From assembly GCF_016432865.1 (NCBI RefSeq), contig NC_067400.1, forward strand, positions 612,126,001-612,190,000: a DNA stretch of 64,000 nt. Reading direction: 5' to 3'. This document shows positions 61,500 through 64,000 of the stretch, one piece after another (the stretch's first letter is position 1; each line of letters starts with the position of its first letter). This DNA is from Antechinus flavipes (Eukaryota). A program made the translations under genes and the position numbers. The notes beneath the pieces were generated by a model. That model was not told the DNA's origin and did not search any database. It saw only the letters and a list, made by a program, of their open reading frames with translations.

Positions 61500-62330
61500 G
61501 CCACTCTGTAGACATTTCCCGGCCCCACAAGGGCGGGGGAATGTAGGTAACGACTTTGACTTTGGTGGGGCTGGGGGAAGGGAGGAGGGTGACCCTTCCA
61601 AGCAGAGAAGGGCGTCGAGGGAAGGTTATCTTATCAGAGGGGGAGAAGCTAACAAAAGGGCCCAGCCTCGGTGTGTGACACGCACACAGGCCGGCACACG
61701 GCCCCCCACGCAGGCCACACATGTTAGACCAACATGCATCATGTCTCATCCTCCACCTGCAGCCAAGCCCCCCGTCCCCACTCCGCCCTTTCCCCCCGAG
61801 GGGAGATAACCCCTGGCCCCGCGTGGAAAACCAGGAGACAGGCCCCAGAATAGGTGCCTCTGTGTCTGGGGTACAGGCAGCCGCGATAACTGTTCTTTTC
61901 CTGAAGGGCACGTACACGTACCCCGACATCACCTTTTGTCCAGCGGGCCCCACAGGTGGGAGGGCCCTCCCCCAGCCTCCCTCCGGAGGGCCCGTGGGGG
62001 CAGGGAGACAAAGTCCATCCTCCAGCTCAGGGCAGACCCCTGATCAATAAGCTCCCAAGACCCCTCTAGGGACAAAGGCAGACTCCCCTTCACAACATCC
62101 CTTTGCAGACTCAAGCTACTGGGTTTCTGGGAGCACTGGCGGCTTTCTGGCCGTTCCCTCTTGGGACCCTCTCTCTCTGCCTTCCCTTGGGCCATTCCCC
62201 ATCTCGGGACCCCCTCTGCCTCTTCCCCTCCACCTCAGTCCCAGCTCAGCTCCTTAGCTCTGGCCGATTCTGAGACAGAGGGCTCCTGCTGAAGCCTCCG
62301 GGCGGCCCAGCCGCTCTTGCCCGCCTCCCA
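61500..62330. promoter_or_regulatory. CpG- and GATA-rich candidate enhancer about 2 kb upstream of ATP4A
   Basis: TTATCT 61626-61631, TTATCA 61631-61636, AGATAA 61804-61809, CGATAA 61884-61889, in non-repeat GC-rich DNA. Confidence 0.45.
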
Positions 62331-63599
62331 TCTCACTATCTTGTGGGCATCTGGTTTTTCCTACATGTTTTGCATAAACTTACATATGTTCAGAAAACAT
62401 AGTTCCTCAGGAAAACCATTTCTCCCTTATCTGTGTACCTCTCACAGCGCCCAGCACGCAGAAGGGGCAAGGGAAGGGAACAAGCATGGGGAGTGCCGTG
62501 TGCCAGGCACTCGCTATCTTATTTGAGCACAGTAGGTGCCAACCAGGTGCCCTTGCAAACCGAAATGAACCATAGAAATGCCAGCTATTATTATCATGGC
62601 AGCTAGGTGGTGCAGGAGACAGAGGGCCGGGAAGGTCTGTTCAAATGGATACTTCCTAACTGTGTGACCCTGGGCAGGTCACTTCATCTTGTCTGCCTCA
62701 GTTTCCTCATCTGTAAAATGAACTGGAGAAGGGAATGGCCAGTCCCTCCAGGGGGTTTGCCCAAAAAAAAAACCCAAATGGGGTCATGGAGAGGTAGACA
62801 GAATTGAAAAGCCTGAATAAGCAAAAAGCTTGCAAATCACTTTATAAATGTTTTCTCATTGGAATGATCTAAATTGGAGATGATCAGAGGGGGATTAGAG
62901 ATAAGGGGAAGGAGAAAGGGAAACATTTAAACAGTGTCTACTATGGGCCGGGCACTGTGCTAAGCGCTTTTACAAATAGCACCTCATTTGATTCTTAGAA
63001 CAACTTTGGGATGTAGCTTTTTTTTTTTTTTTACACCATTTTACAGATGAGGAAACTGAGTCACAGAATAGTTAAGTGACTCGCTCAGAGTCACTCAGCT
63101 AGTAAGTATCTGAGGTGGGCTCAGTCTCGCCACCACAAGACCAAGTTAGGAGTTTTTTGGATGGCTGTATCACATGATTAATGATAAAGAGCCAGCACTG
63201 GGTTGCACTACATTCTGTGTGTTCTACATGCATGTAGCTTGTCCTGTGACCCCTTGCCCACTTTCTGGGTGGTCCCACTTGCTTGGTTAGGCTCCCATTT
63301 GCTGCCGGCACCACACGGCGGGTATTCTGTGGCCCAGGACCCGTCTGCCAGCTGTACCACGGTCTAAACTTCCTCTGTTTCCCCTGTATCTTGGGAAGCC
63401 GCACATTGGCTATCCTGTGTGATGGTTGCCCGCTAAGCCAACCTACAGCCAGACATTATTTATCTTGGAATCAGAGACAGCTTTTTCCTGTGACTTCCTC
63501 TTTACTTTCCTTATTTTTTTTTAAGTCTCTTTTAGAGAAATTCTCTTTGGTCTCAGCTTAACTTAGGGAGAAAGGGCTTGGCCCAAGCAGGCTAAGAAG

Positions 63600-63932
63600 A
63601 ATAGAGGTCAGGTCATGGTAGGGCCCAAGTGGGGACATCGTGGCAGGCTGGAGGGGGAGCCCTTCGGGGAGGAGGAGAACCCGTCACAGTATGCATCCTG
63701 GTCCTCCCTCTCTGTGCTTCTCCTCTGGAAGCTCGGCTCCGGACCACCTCCTGGCTGTTGTCCCAAGGAGCCAGCAATCAGCGTCAGTCCTTGCAGCCTT
63801 ATCTCCAGGTTCCTTTAGGGGCTGGTCTTGTTCTCCCTGAACCCTCCCCCCCACCTATATCAGGAGCTGTCAAGGTCGAGGGTACGTTTGTCTGCCCAGT
63901 TCAGCCCCCCAGAGAAGGCCCCGGGAGCAGCC
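63600..63932 (+). promoter_or_regulatory. ATP4A proximal promoter and 5'UTR
   Basis: AGGTCAGGTCA about 63605-63615, GATA TTATCT 63799-63804, TATAT 63856-63860, TCAAGGTCG 63870-63878. Confidence 0.7.
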
Positions 63933-63944
63933 ATGGGGAAGACG
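63933..63944 (+). CDS. ATP4A: Gastric H+/K+-ATPase alpha subunit, coding exon 1 (MGKT); gene continues past the window
   Basis: GCC ATG GGG AAG ACG|GTGAGA: strong Kozak and a 4-codon first exon as in mammalian ATP4A (MGKA). TATA and GATA upstream; position and orientation opposite HAUS5 match human synteny. Only 12 coding nt visible. Confidence 0.82.
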
Positions 63945-64000
63945 GTGAGAACGGGGTGCAGGAAGTCCTGATCTGGGACCTATACAGGGAAGCAAAGCTG

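Noticed and set aside
61739-62050. ORFs on both strands and a possible + exon 61762-61955
   Set aside because: No recognisable family motif or partner exons; GC-rich and better explained as regulatory DNA.

Overview
Vertebrate genomic DNA, inferred to be marsupial and probably dasyurid from the SINE and L1 3'UTR types. Gene order matches human 19q13.12 in reverse. I reconstructed complete, frameshift-free spliced CDSs for ETV2 (-, 154-2548), RBM42 (-, 4774-8330) and HAUS5 (-, 10593-25932). The promoter and 4-codon first exon of ATP4A (+, 63933) sit at the window end. The repeat-rich HAUS5-ATP4A interval holds two genes the ORF track misses. (1) A 9-exon NCAM-family gene on + (40578-43303): signal peptide, three Ig domains matching NCAM Ig1/Ig2/Ig5 and their intron positions, no FN3, and an NCAM-type TM with juxtamembrane Cys. 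It carries about 9 single-base indels, all at homopolymer runs. (2) A CD225/dispanin (PMIS2/PRRT1-like) gene on - (37953-43836) whose putative first coding intron contains the whole NCAM-like gene. All indels fall in one 6.2-kb segment bounded by two N gaps, so an intact gene with consensus errors and a young pseudogene are both possible. The rest is L1, L2, CR1, SINEs, solo LTRs, a 52-bp VNTR and short duplications. Most ORF-track entries are spurious. Comparisons to human proteins and repeat consensuses are from memory; no search was run.
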